A stretch of 26,408 nt of DNA from a virus. Its lineage: Duplodnaviria > Caudoviricetes. The position numbers and the translations under genes are program-made. Positions within the stretch are counted from its first letter, which is position 1. Each line of letters starts with the position of its first letter. The DNA lies in the IMG/VR virus record IMGVR_UViG_3300031784_000176, positions 1-26,408 of that record; one strand, 5' to 3'. Of the stretch, positions 14,498 to 23,699 are shown piece after piece. A model generated the notes under the pieces. That model was given only the letters and a program-made list of their open reading frames with translations, was not told the DNA's origin and did no database searches.

Positions 14498-15843
14498 ACT
14501 TGCTTGCTGGCATCTGCCAACCCGGCAGCCTGCTTGGGTTTATGGATGTCGCAACGCAAGAGGACACGGGCGATCTGCTGCAACGCATCCGCGCTGACCT
14601 GCACCCTGGCCAGCTTGCGTTTGTAGATGACAGCGACACGCAGATCCTTGGCATCTCAGCTGGCTATGGCGCCGGCAAGACCCGTGCGCTGTGTGCCAAG
14701 GCGGTGATGCTGGCCGCGGCTAATCAAGGCTTCATCGGCGCAGTGATGGAGCCCACCGGCCCATTGATCCGCGACATCTGGCAGAACGACTTTGAGCAGT
14801 TCTTGGAGTCGTACGAGATCCCCTACACCTTTAGGGCCAGCCCGCTGCCGGAATACATGCTGCACCTACCAGGCGGTGACACCAAGATCCTGTGCCGCAG
14901 CTTCGAGAACTGGAGCCGCATCATCGGATTGAACCTTGCCTGGGTGCTGGCCGATGAGATCGACACCGTGACGCCATCTATTGCCAACAAGGCATTCCCC
15001 AAGATCCTTGGTCGCTTGCGGTCCGGCAACGTGCGGCAGTTTGGCGCTGCATCCACGCCAGAGGGCTTCCGCTGGATGTGGAACACCTTCGGCAGCGAGG
15101 ATGCCAAAGGGCGTGCGGATCGCAAGCTCATCAAGATGCGGTCAGCAGACAACCCACATCTGCCGCCGGACTTTATTGAGCGGCTAGAAGCCAACTACGA
15201 CCCAAACCTGCTGCGGGCCTACCTAGACGGTGAGTTCGTTAACCTCACCACTGGCACTATCTACGACCGCTTCAGTCGCGACAAGCACGTGGTGGTTGAG
15301 CTGCCAGACCTAGACCGCGAGCCGTTGCGCATTGGCGCTGATTTCAACGTTGGCAACATGTCTGCCGTGATCGGCATCCGCAGCGGCAGCAGCCTGCTAG
15401 TGATTGATGAGATCAGCGGCGCCCATGACACCGATGCATTGGCGCAAGAGATCCAAGCGCGTTACCCGCAACGGCGTATCTACATCTACCCAGATGCCAG
15501 CGGCGGTAACCGCAGCACCAACGCAAGCCAGACCGATATCCAAATCCTGGAGTCCTACGGCATGTCAAACCAGTCGCCACGCGCAAATCCTCCCGTCCGT
15601 GATCGCGTGGCTGCTGTTCAGGCTTTGCTGGAAAACGGCAAGGGCCAGGTCAGACTCACCATCCACCAGCGCTGCAAGCGGCTGATCGAATGCCTAGAGC
15701 TGCAGTGCTACACCGATAAGGGCGACCCGGACAAGGATGCCGGCCATGACCACATGAACGATGCGCTCGGCTACTTGGTATGGCGTGAATTCAACCCATT
15801 GCACGCAGGTGCTGGGCGATCTACAGGCATTAGGCTATATTGA
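14494..15843 (+). CDS. terL: Terminase large subunit
   Basis: Walker A GYGAGKT, Walker B VLADEID, ASTPEG, DNPHLP, nuclease motifs IGADFN, YPDASG, DHMNDALGY. Confidence 0.95.
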   Translation: MNLLAGICQPGSLLGFMDVATQEDTGDLLQRIRADLHPGQLAFVDDSDTQILGISAGYGAGKTRALCAKAVMLAAANQGFIGAVMEPTGPLIRDIWQNDFEQFLESYEIPYTFRASPLPEYMLHLPGGDTKILCRSFENWSRIIGLNLAWVLADEIDTVTPSIANKAFPKILGRLRSGNVRQFGAASTPEGFRWMWNTFGSEDAKGRADRKLIKMRSADNPHLPPDFIERLEANYDPNLLRAYLDGEFVNLTTGTIYDRFSRDKHVVVELPDLDREPLRIGADFNVGNMSAVIGIRSGSSLLVIDEISGAHDTDALAQEIQARYPQRRIYIYPDASGGNRSTNASQTDIQILESYGMSNQSPRANPPVRDRVAAVQALLENGKGQVRLTIHQRCKRLIECLELQCYTDKGDPDKDAGHDHMNDALGYLVWREFNPLHAGAGRSTGIRLY

Positions 15844-15867
15844 TTCCGCCAATCATTAACTCTACCC

Positions 15868-16188
15868 ATGCTCAAGGGTGCTGAACTACTCGCCAAGGTG
15901 AAAGAACTGGGCAATGCGCCCAAGTCCGAACTGGTGCGCGCTTGCGGCTACGTGATCAAGGATCGCGTGGCATTCACGCAGTTCTATGAAGCGCTGCTGG
16001 AAGCCAAAGGCGTTGACTTAGGCAGCAAGACACCTAAGCGCGGCCGCGGCCTGACCTATAAGGCCAAGGTGCAATTCAATGGCAAGCTGCAAATCGGTGA
16101 TGGCTACCTGCGCGAGATGGGCTACGAACCCGGCGCTGAGTTTGACATCAAGATTGGCCGCAATAGCATCACGCTGATTGCTGCCTAA
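15868..16188 (+). CDS. Cyanobacterial AbrB-like transcriptional regulator
   Basis: L.G.ELL.KVKEL...KSELVRACGY, F..FYEALLEAKG, RGR.LTY.A.VQ.NG.L.IG..YL..MG.EPG.EF.IK.GR..I.L: the two-part cyAbrB architecture. Confidence 0.88.
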   Translation: MLKGAELLAKVKELGNAPKSELVRACGYVIKDRVAFTQFYEALLEAKGVDLGSKTPKRGRGLTYKAKVQFNGKLQIGDGYLREMGYEPGAEFDIKIGRNSITLIAA

Positions 16189-16214
16189 ACTGCACCTATG
16201 ACTGCGGCGCTGTA

Positions 16215-17660
16215 ATGTACACCGGCTTCAACAACTACGACCGGCCCATTGCTCAGCGCCGCGTTACTCGCGTGCAGGATGCCAGCACGGCGTGGTATGC
16301 ACAAGAGCCGCATTGGATCCTGATCGAGGATTTGCTGCAAGGCACCTACGGGATGCGTCGCAAGCATCGCCGGTATTTGCCGCAAGAGCCGCGCGAACTA
16401 GACGAGTCCTACGACAACCGCCTAGCGCGTAGCGTTGTGCCGCCGTTCTATCAACGCCTAGAGCGGATGCTGGCCGGGATGCTCACCCGCAAGCCCGTAC
16501 GACTTGACGACACAGCAGACGTGATCCGCGAGCAGTTGTTTGATGTTGACCTGCAAGGCAATGACCTCAACGTCTGGACCTATGAGACCACGCGCAAGAT
16601 GGTCCGTTATGGCCACGTTGGTGTACTGGTGGATGCACCTGCTGATGGGGGTAGACCCTACTGGGTGACATACACACCACGGCAGATTCTTGGCTGGCGT
16701 GCTGAGCAGCAGGAAGGCCGGCAGGTGTTAACGCAACTGCGACTTGCAGAGACGGTCACCGTGCCTGATGGCGAGTTCGGCGAGAAAGCAGTGGAGCAAG
16801 TGCGCGTTCTGACGCCAGGTGAGTTTCAACTGCATCAAAAGCAAGACAACGGCGACTTTAAGGTTGTCGACGAGGGCCGCACAAGCCTTTCTGAGATTCC
16901 ATTCTCAGTTGCTTATGCGCAGCGGCATGGCTTCATGGAGTCACGTCCGCCGTTGGAAGACATCGCCGAGCTGAACCTCAAGGCATATCAGATCCAGAGC
17001 GACCTAGACAACCAGCTCCACATCAGTGCTGTGCCGATGCTGGCGTTTTATGGCTTCCCATCTGCAGCAGAGGAAGTCAGCGCTGGACCCGGCGAGGCGA
17101 TCGCATTTCCTGCTGATGGCCGCGCTGAATACATTGAACCTGCCGGCCGCAGTTTTGATTATCAGTTCCGCAGGCTTGAGCAGCTTGCGCTGCAGATCAA
17201 TGAGTTAGGCCTGTCGGCAGTACTGGGCCAGAAGCTATCTGCTGAAACTGCTGAGGCAAAGCGCATTGATCGCAGCCAAGGCGACAGCACCATGATGGTC
17301 ATTGCGCAGAACGTGCAGGACATGATCGACAACTGCCTGCAATTTCATGCGCAGTACATCGGCAACAACACATCTCCTGGCAGCAGCTACGTCAACCGTG
17401 ATTTCCTGGGCACACGCCTTGAACCGCAGGAAATCCAAGCGCTGCTGCAGCTTTACACCGCAGGCACCATTACACAGGAAACGTTGCTGCGTGAGCTTGC
17501 TGAAGGCGATGTGCTAGGCGACGACTTTAACGTGGATGAGGAGCTTGAAGCTACGGCCAATGCGGGGCTTGATCTACAACCTGCTGGACTGGGTAACCGA
17601 CCGCTTAGTGGACCTGATGATCTGGATGGAACCGAGGAAACCGAGGAGACAAGAGCTTGA
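16215..17660 (+). CDS. Portal protein (DUF4055 type)
   Basis: YLPQEPRE.DESY.NRL.R, DVDLQGN.L, YGHVGVLVDAP, IPFSV.Y, PPLEDIAELN, ETAEAKRID; follows the terminase. Confidence 0.9.
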   Translation: MYTGFNNYDRPIAQRRVTRVQDASTAWYAQEPHWILIEDLLQGTYGMRRKHRRYLPQEPRELDESYDNRLARSVVPPFYQRLERMLAGMLTRKPVRLDDTADVIREQLFDVDLQGNDLNVWTYETTRKMVRYGHVGVLVDAPADGGRPYWVTYTPRQILGWRAEQQEGRQVLTQLRLAETVTVPDGEFGEKAVEQVRVLTPGEFQLHQKQDNGDFKVVDEGRTSLSEIPFSVAYAQRHGFMESRPPLEDIAELNLKAYQIQSDLDNQLHISAVPMLAFYGFPSAAEEVSAGPGEAIAFPADGRAEYIEPAGRSFDYQFRRLEQLALQINELGLSAVLGQKLSAETAEAKRIDRSQGDSTMMVIAQNVQDMIDNCLQFHAQYIGNNTSPGSSYVNRDFLGTRLEPQEIQALLQLYTAGTITQETLLRELAEGDVLGDDFNVDEELEATANAGLDLQPAGLGNRPLSGPDDLDGTEETEETRA

Positions 17661-17880
17661 TTATCACGTCAGCGCCTTGCCGGAACAAGTCTTAGCCATC
17701 GTGCGGATCAGCTGGTACAAGGAAGGCAGGCCAGATGAAATTGACGAAACGATCTTGTACGAAGACGGGCAAAACGGTTATGACGCATTCGCTGCATTGG
17801 TTACCACGGCATTGAACCGCGGCGCTAATGTCAGCATCCGCAGCGGCTATCAACCGGAAGATCTTGGCATTGAACGATGA
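17560..17880 (+). CDS. Hypothetical protein
   Basis: Fills the portal-minor head gap and is ATGA-coupled at 17877; start may be 17560, 17617 or 17626. Confidence 0.65.
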   Translation: MRGLIYNLLDWVTDRLVDLMIWMEPRKPRRQELDYHVSALPEQVLAIVRISWYKEGRPDEIDETILYEDGQNGYDAFAALVTTALNRGANVSIRSGYQPEDLGIER

Positions 17881-19091
17881 GCACACCAGAAGCGCTATAT
17901 CGCAACGCGATTGATCTAAACCGCTACAGCAATAGTGTTGCGCGGCGCGTGATCAATGCTTACAACGACATCATCATTGATGCGGTCAACCAGCTGCGCA
18001 CCATTGATGAGCTGTCGGCGCCAGTCAAAGCGGCACGGCTGCGGGCGATTCTTGCGCAGTTAAAAGACAGCCTGGCAACATGGGCAGGCGATGCAACCGA
18101 GCTGACAGCATTAGAGCTGCAAGGCATTGCAGAGCTGCAATCTGAGTTTGTGACCGATCAACTGCGGCGTGCATTGCCAGCAGGTGCACGTGATGCAGTT
18201 CGCACCGTGGAGATCAGCCCGCAATTTGCGCAGTCAGTGGTCACCACTGATCCAACGCAGATCAATGTGGTGGCGCTTAGTGATGACCTATTCAAATCGG
18301 TTTATGGCGCAGAAGCCCTAGCGCAACAGGCTGGCATCGGCACGTTCAGCCTCACCGCAGCACAAGGCGCCACGATCACGCTGCCCAATGGCGAAGTGGT
18401 CACCAAAGCATTCCGTGGCATTGCCGTTGATCAGGCTGAGCGGTTCTCGCAAGTCGTGCGGCAAGGCTTGCTAACTGGTGAGCCGACGCCAGCCATTGCT
18501 AAGCGGCTGATCGGAAACCTTGAATTTGGCGAAGAAGCCAAAACCGTGAAGCAGCTAGTTGCAGCAGGCGGCCAAGCAACAGCAGTTGCCGACAAGCAGA
18601 TCGTTAGTCTTGTGCGCACCAGTATCAACCAAGTAGCCAATGCAGCTAGCCAGCAGGTGTATGAAGCCAATCAAGACATCACTAAGAAGTATCGCTATGT
18701 GGCAACACTGGATACCCGCACCAGCAGCATTTGCCGTGCATTGGATGGCCGCGAGTTTGAATACGGCAAAGGCCCGACTCCGCCGCAGCACTTCAACTGC
18801 CGCAGCACGACAGTGCCGGTGATTGACTACGACGAGCTGGGATTCATCCCACCGCCACCAGCAAAGCGTGCATCAGCAGGTGGCCAGGTGCCGGCAGATC
18901 AAACCTACGGGCAGTGGCTAGCAAAGCAGGACCTTGAAACCAAGGCCAAGGCATTGGGCGCCAACAAAGTGCCGTATTTCAACCGGCTTGCCGACAAATA
19001 CGGGCCGACTGATGCCATCGCCAAGCTGGTCCGCGATGACGGTTCAGAGCTAACCTTAGATCAGCTCCGCGCACGATATGGACCTGCCTAG
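17877..19091 (+). CDS. Minor head protein (SPP1 gp7/Mu gpF family)
   Basis: LVRTSINQVAN, YRYVATLDTRTSSICRALDG, PPQHFNCRSTTVPV, TYGQWL. Confidence 0.9.
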   Translation: MSTPEALYRNAIDLNRYSNSVARRVINAYNDIIIDAVNQLRTIDELSAPVKAARLRAILAQLKDSLATWAGDATELTALELQGIAELQSEFVTDQLRRALPAGARDAVRTVEISPQFAQSVVTTDPTQINVVALSDDLFKSVYGAEALAQQAGIGTFSLTAAQGATITLPNGEVVTKAFRGIAVDQAERFSQVVRQGLLTGEPTPAIAKRLIGNLEFGEEAKTVKQLVAAGGQATAVADKQIVSLVRTSINQVANAASQQVYEANQDITKKYRYVATLDTRTSSICRALDGREFEYGKGPTPPQHFNCRSTTVPVIDYDELGFIPPPPAKRASAGGQVPADQTYGQWLAKQDLETKAKALGANKVPYFNRLADKYGPTDAIAKLVRDDGSELTLDQLRARYGPA

Positions 19092-19383
19092 CCTGCGGCA
19101 TTTTGAGAATCGTGGCATCTTTTTTGTTAGCTCTGATCCAGTTGAAGCCCTGCATGGCGAGGCATGGGTGCCAGCCATCTACACCGACAAGGGTTGGGCA
19201 ACGGCAGACGGCTCTACACTGTTAACAGGTATTGAGGAATGGCGCGATGCCACTGAAGCAGGGCAAGTCGCAGGCTGCAGTATCAGCCAGCATCAAAACG
19301 GAGATGAAAAAAGGCAAGCCGCAAAAGCAAGCGGTAGCAATCGCGCTCGCAAAAGCCGGCAAGTCACGCAAGCCAAAGGGTAA
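19078..19383 (+). CDS. Hypothetical protein
   Basis: N-terminal ~56 aa look globular (WVPAIYTDKGWATADGSTLLTGIEEWR); the C-terminal part overlaps 19247-19390 in another frame. Confidence 0.55.
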   Translation: MDLPSLRHFENRGIFFVSSDPVEALHGEAWVPAIYTDKGWATADGSTLLTGIEEWRDATEAGQVAGCSISQHQNGDEKRQAAKASGSNRARKSRQVTQAKG

Positions 19384-19390
19384 GAAGTGA
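19247..19390 (+). CDS. Small basic protein (47 aa; not in ORF track)
   Basis: Hand translation MPLKQGKSQAAVSASIKTEMKKGKPQKQAVAIALAKAGKSRKPKGKK; TGATG coupling to the next ORF. Confidence 0.75.
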   Translation: MPLKQGKSQAAVSASIKTEMKKGKPQKQAVAIALAKAGKSRKPKGKK

Positions 19391-19545
19391 TGCCTAAGAA
19401 GCCAGGCCTATACGCCAACATTGCCGCTAAGCGCAAGCGCATTGCGGCCGGCAGCAAGGAGCGTATGGCACGCAAAGGCGAAGCGGGCAGGCCATCCGCT
19501 GCTGCATTCAAGGCGGCTGCTAAGACTGCGAAAAAAAAGAAATAA
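19390..19545 (+). CDS. Small basic protein (51 aa; not in ORF track)
   Basis: Hand translation MPKKPGLYANIAAKRKRIAAGSKERMARKGEAGRPSAAAFKAAAKTAKKKK. Confidence 0.75.
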   Translation: MPKKPGLYANIAAKRKRIAAGSKERMARKGEAGRPSAAAFKAAAKTAKKKK

Positions 19546-19585
19546 TCAGCACGGCTAGAATGCGATTATGAATTCATAAAAGCCA

Positions 19586-20092
<507 letters not shown>

Positions 20093-20335
20093 TTAGCTTG
20101 CGAATTCATCCCAAGTTCCCAAGCTTTCCATAATCTCTTGGGAAAAATCGGTGATGAACACCAAATCGCCATCCTCATCTTGAGCGATGGCGATAACTCT
20201 TGACAGGTGCATGTTGCCAACGGCAGCAAATAAGCACACTTCGTTGCCGTCTTCGTCGACATCAATGATCCGCTTCAACGCATTGCGAATAGCTCGTGAT
20301 CCAAGCCCGTCTGGGTCCGATGCGATAATTTCCAT
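20093..20335 (-). CDS. Small acidic hypothetical protein, antisense to the late operon
   Basis: 80 aa with 17 D+E versus 5 K+R (hand count); two DEDG motifs; stop abuts the basic gene's stop; no competing + ORF in the track. Confidence 0.65.
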   Translation of the reverse strand: MEIIASDPDGLGSRAIRNALKRIIDVDEDGNEVCLFAAVGNMHLSRVIAIAQDEDGDLVFITDFSQEIMESLGTWDEFAS

Positions 20336-20370
20336 GCGGCTAGCCTAGTCCAGCGACGGCCAATGGCGCC

Positions 20371-20643
20371 ATGATCACCTACCGCGGCGAGCAGTTTGAC
20401 GGCTACAACAAGCCGAAGCGGACGCCAAAGCATCCGAACAAATCGCACGCGGTGCTCGCCAAAGAAGGCGACAAGGTAAAGCTGATCCGTTTTGGGCAGC
20501 AAGGCGTCAGCGGCAGCCCAGCGAAGCAAGGTGAATCTGCCGCGGCCAAAGCGCGACGGGCGTCGTTCAAGGCGCGTCACGCCAGCAATATCGCTAAGGG
20601 CAAGATGTCTGCTGCGTGGTGGGCAGATAAAGAGAAGTGGTAA
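20371..20643 (+). CDS. Basic hypothetical phage protein
   Basis: 90 aa, YNKPKRTP.HP.KSHAVLAKEGD.VKLIRFGQQG...RRASFKARH...KMSAAWWADKEKW. Confidence 0.8.
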   Translation: MITYRGEQFDGYNKPKRTPKHPNKSHAVLAKEGDKVKLIRFGQQGVSGSPAKQGESAAAKARRASFKARHASNIAKGKMSAAWWADKEKW

Positions 20644-20675
20644 CGTAGAGGTGTAATTAAGCCTGCGGCTTATCC

Positions 20676-21347
20676 ATGTCTGATGAACAAAAAACCCAAG
20701 AGTCTGCGACTACTGGGGTTGAAGCTGAAGCGTTGCAGCGCAGCGTAGAAGCACTAGAGCGCAAGAATCAAGAGTTGATTGCTGAGCTGCGTGCAGCAAA
20801 GAAATCCAAGACGCCTGATGGGGTCAATGTCGATGAATTGCTGGAATTCAAGCGCAACTACGAGCAGCAGCAGCTCGAATCACAAGGCAAATACCAAGAG
20901 GCACGACAAGCTTTGGAGCAGCAGTTCCGTGAGGCGACGGCTGAAAAGGACCAGCGCATCGCAACACTTGAAGCCCGCGTCCGCGAGCTAGAGCTGGTCA
21001 CGCCTGCGGTCACGGCACTGGCTGACATCGTGCATGATCCTGATCTTGTGCTGAAGACCAAGCTGTCGCCTGATGCAATCCAGCGCGAAGCCGACGGCAC
21101 CGTGGTCGTTGTGGACGGCTACGAACGCAAGCCCGTTGCTGAATGGGCCAAGACACTGCCGGCATGGATGCAGAAGCAACCCAAGCCACAAGGCAGCGGC
21201 GCACCAACCGGCGGCAGCAATGGCACCATTCCGGCTGGCATGAGCAATCCATTCAGCCGCGATAGCTTCAACCTCACAGAGCAGTCGCGGCTATTCCGTA
21301 CAGACCGCGACCTATATGAGCGGATGAAAGCTGCAGCTAACCGTTAG
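20676..21347 (+). CDS. Capsid scaffolding protein
   Basis: Long coiled-coil N-half, PQGSGAP linker and NPF C-terminal motif; directly upstream of the capsid gene. Confidence 0.8.
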   Translation: MSDEQKTQESATTGVEAEALQRSVEALERKNQELIAELRAAKKSKTPDGVNVDELLEFKRNYEQQQLESQGKYQEARQALEQQFREATAEKDQRIATLEARVRELELVTPAVTALADIVHDPDLVLKTKLSPDAIQREADGTVVVVDGYERKPVAEWAKTLPAWMQKQPKPQGSGAPTGGSNGTIPAGMSNPFSRDSFNLTEQSRLFRTDRDLYERMKAAANR

Positions 21348-21431
21348 TATTTGAGTGTCTGCTCGTGATGGCTGCGCCACATAGAGCCTGGGGCTGCGCC
21401 CACATCCGTAAACCCTTTTTGAGGATTAGTC

Positions 21432-22463
21432 ATGGCGACCCTTCGCTCTGACATCATCATCCCCGAGGTATTTACGCCTTACGTCATTGAGCAAACCACT
21501 CAGCGCGATGCCTTCCTGGCTTCCGGTGTGGTGCAGCCTCTGGCGGAGCTGAATGCCACCGAGGGCGGTGATTTCATCAACGTTCCCTTCTGGAAAGCCA
21601 ACCTTTCCGGCGATTTCGAGGTGCTGACCGATAGCACCAGCCTCACCCCTGGCAAGATCCAAGCCGACAAGCAAGTTGGCGTGATCCTGCACCGTGGCCG
21701 TGCTTTTGAGTCTCGTGATCTGGCTGCTCTTGCCGCCGGTTCCGATCCCATGGCCGCCATCGGCGCCAAGATCGCTGACTACATCGCTAACCAGCGCCAG
21801 AAGGATCTGCTGTCCTGCCTTGGTGGTGTGTTCGGCAGCCTGGGATCTACCTCCAGCTCTGCCGCCTTCTTTGGTCTGACCATTGATGGCGAGTCTGGCG
21901 ATACTCCCACCACTCTGAGCCCCCGCCACGTTGCTGAAGCCCGCAGCCTGCTGGGTGACCAAGGCGACAAGCTGGCCGCTGTTGCTATGCACTCCAAGGT
22001 CTATTACGACCTGGTTGAGCGCAAGGCCATCGACTACGTGACCGAGACAGACGCACGTCTGACCTCTAGCGTCACTGACTTCGTTGGCGGCAGCATTGCT
22101 GGTGCCTACGGTCCCGTGAGCGTGCCGACCTACATGGGCCTGCGCGTGATCGTGTCTGACGATGTGCAGACCGATGGCAGCGGTTCTTCGACTGAGTACG
22201 CCACCTATTTCTTCACCCAAGGCGCTGTTGCCAGCGGTGAACAGATGGCGATGCAGACCGAAACCGATCGTGACATCCTCGCCAAGAGCGATGCCATGTC
22301 GATCGACCTGCACTACTGCTACCACCCCGTTGGCGCTAAGTGGGCGGTGACTACCGCTAACCCCACTCGTGCTCAGCTGGAGACGGTTGCTAACTGGTCG
22401 AAGGTGTACGAGCTGAAGAACCTCGGCATCGTGCGCGCCACCAACACCTCTAACTTCGATTGA
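21432..22463 (+). CDS. Major capsid protein
   Basis: 343 aa; SDIIIPEVF.PYV, FLASG, INVPFW.A.L, G.DPM.AI, TYMGLRVIVSDD, ETDRDILAK.D, NW.KVYE.KN.GIV; strong C-ending codon bias. Confidence 0.93.
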   Translation: MATLRSDIIIPEVFTPYVIEQTTQRDAFLASGVVQPLAELNATEGGDFINVPFWKANLSGDFEVLTDSTSLTPGKIQADKQVGVILHRGRAFESRDLAALAAGSDPMAAIGAKIADYIANQRQKDLLSCLGGVFGSLGSTSSSAAFFGLTIDGESGDTPTTLSPRHVAEARSLLGDQGDKLAAVAMHSKVYYDLVERKAIDYVTETDARLTSSVTDFVGGSIAGAYGPVSVPTYMGLRVIVSDDVQTDGSGSSTEYATYFFTQGAVASGEQMAMQTETDRDILAKSDAMSIDLHYCYHPVGAKWAVTTANPTRAQLETVANWSKVYELKNLGIVRATNTSNFD

Positions 22464-22474
22464 GGTAACTAACC

Positions 22475-22876
22475 ATGGCACAACCCTCCCAGTTTGAACT
22501 GTCCACCGAGCAGTACATCGTTGCTGACCACTACATCGCCTCCTCGGTGGCTGATGTCCAGTTCTTCACCGCTCCGGTGAAGTGCCAAGTGGTCAGCATC
22601 CGTGAGGTGCATGCCGTTGCTGGTAACGACGGTTCCGATGTCACCGCTACGATTCGTCGTTGCCAAGGCACCGAAGCCGCCACCGCTGGCGACGACCTGC
22701 TCGGCACCACCAAGATCAACCTCAAGGGCACTGCTCTTACTGAGCAAACCCCTGCTCTGACCAGCACCACTGCCAACCTGACGCTTGATGCAGGCGATCG
22801 CCTGTCTCTTGATGTCACCGGCACCACCACCACTCTGGCTGGCGTGATCCTGACCGTGCTGCTGAAGCGCGTCTGA
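22475..22876 (+). CDS. Putative capsid decoration/cement protein
   Basis: 133 aa T/A/V-rich beta-type protein right after the MCP, with similar codon bias and followed by a terminator. Confidence 0.65.
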   Translation: MAQPSQFELSTEQYIVADHYIASSVADVQFFTAPVKCQVVSIREVHAVAGNDGSDVTATIRRCQGTEAATAGDDLLGTTKINLKGTALTEQTPALTSTTANLTLDAGDRLSLDVTGTTTTLAGVILTVLLKRV

Positions 22877-22888
22877 TTCAACGCAAAC

Positions 22889-22922
22889 AAAAGAAAAGGG
22901 GAGGCCTAGCCTCCCTTTTTTT
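22889..22922. terminator. Bidirectional intrinsic terminator
   Basis: AAAAGAAAAG-GGGAGGC-CTA-GCCTCCC-TTTTTTT between convergent genes. Confidence 0.85.
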
Positions 22923-23415
22923 ATTGCTTATGTTTTCGCTTGTTATTGGCTTGCTCTAGCCAAGTCGACCATCTGCAATTATTTGGTTCATAATTACCAA
23001 ATGGATCAATACGGTCAATGGTCATACCGCTCGGCCTTGGACCCATGTCTTGCATGAATGCGGTAAAGCTATTCCATCTATCGCAAACCGTTACACCCAC
23101 TCCGCCATAATGTTGAAAAGCAACATGATTTGGATTTTGACATCTTTCTCTCATGCCCATCCAAACTCGATACTCAGGGAGTTTTCTTGTCATGCCGTGA
23201 AACTCGTATCGAGGAACACCCGAAACGCATCCGCATGATTTTGATATTCCTCGCTTTAGGCTGGTTCCATTGACCTCGCGCTCTCTTCCGCAAATGCAGC
23301 GACAAAGCCAATAACAGCGCTTTGCGCCATTTGGCATTGTCTTTTTGATTGGCTTTTCGCCAATAACAGTCCAATTGCCAAATTGCTGGCCGGCAAGCCA
23401 TAATGGTGTTCTCAT
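22921..23415 (-). CDS. Free-standing HNH homing-endonuclease-like protein
   Basis: GQQFGNWTV, WLCRCICG, SKSCGC, YRVW.GM.ERC.NPN, YGG.G.TVCDRW, TIDRID..GNYEPNNCRW.T..EQANNKR; AT-rich and antisense to the operon. Confidence 0.85.
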   Translation of the reverse strand: MRTPLWLAGQQFGNWTVIGEKPIKKTMPNGAKRCYWLCRCICGREREVNGTSLKRGISKSCGCVSGVPRYEFHGMTRKLPEYRVWMGMRERCQNPNHVAFQHYGGVGVTVCDRWNSFTAFMQDMGPRPSGMTIDRIDPFGNYEPNNCRWSTWLEQANNKRKHKQ

Positions 23416-23507
23416 CCTGGTAACGCAGGTTGGGCATGGCTGGGAGCGCTAACTCGCCAGCCGCGCTACTCTAGAACACAGGCAGCAAGGGAGACAACCT
23501 CATCGGC

Positions 23508-23699
23508 ATGTTCGCCTTCCGGCGACTGCGTGAACTGGAGGCTGCTTCTGCGGAGGCAGCCTCTCTTTCTATTGCAGAGCCCACACTTAAACTTGAGATG
23601 ACGGAGCCACCCAACGATGGCAATAGCAATCAACGCAACCGTAGGGTCGGCAAGCGCAAACTCCTACCTGACGCTGGCGGCAGCGCAGGAGATCATTGA
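23508..23699 (+). CDS. Small hypothetical protein
   Basis: MFAFRRLRE...; fills the gap before the head-completion gene and overlaps it at the 3' end. Confidence 0.5.
   Translation: MFAFRRLRELEAASAEAASLSIAEPTLKLEMTEPPNDGNSNQRNRRVGKRKLLPDAGGSAGDH

Noticed and set aside
16201-16210. CTGCG before the portal start (and at ~19094) as further operator hairpins
   Set aside because: The flanks give at most 2 bp of stem, so they were not counted with the four hairpins.
19531-19538. A8 run as a programmed frameshift site
   Set aside because: It encodes the poly-Lys end of a basic protein just before its stop, with no evident downstream stimulatory structure.
21426-22481. 351-aa minus-strand ORF spanning the capsid gene
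   Set aside because: Antisense shadow of a strongly codon-biased gene; no recognisable motifs.
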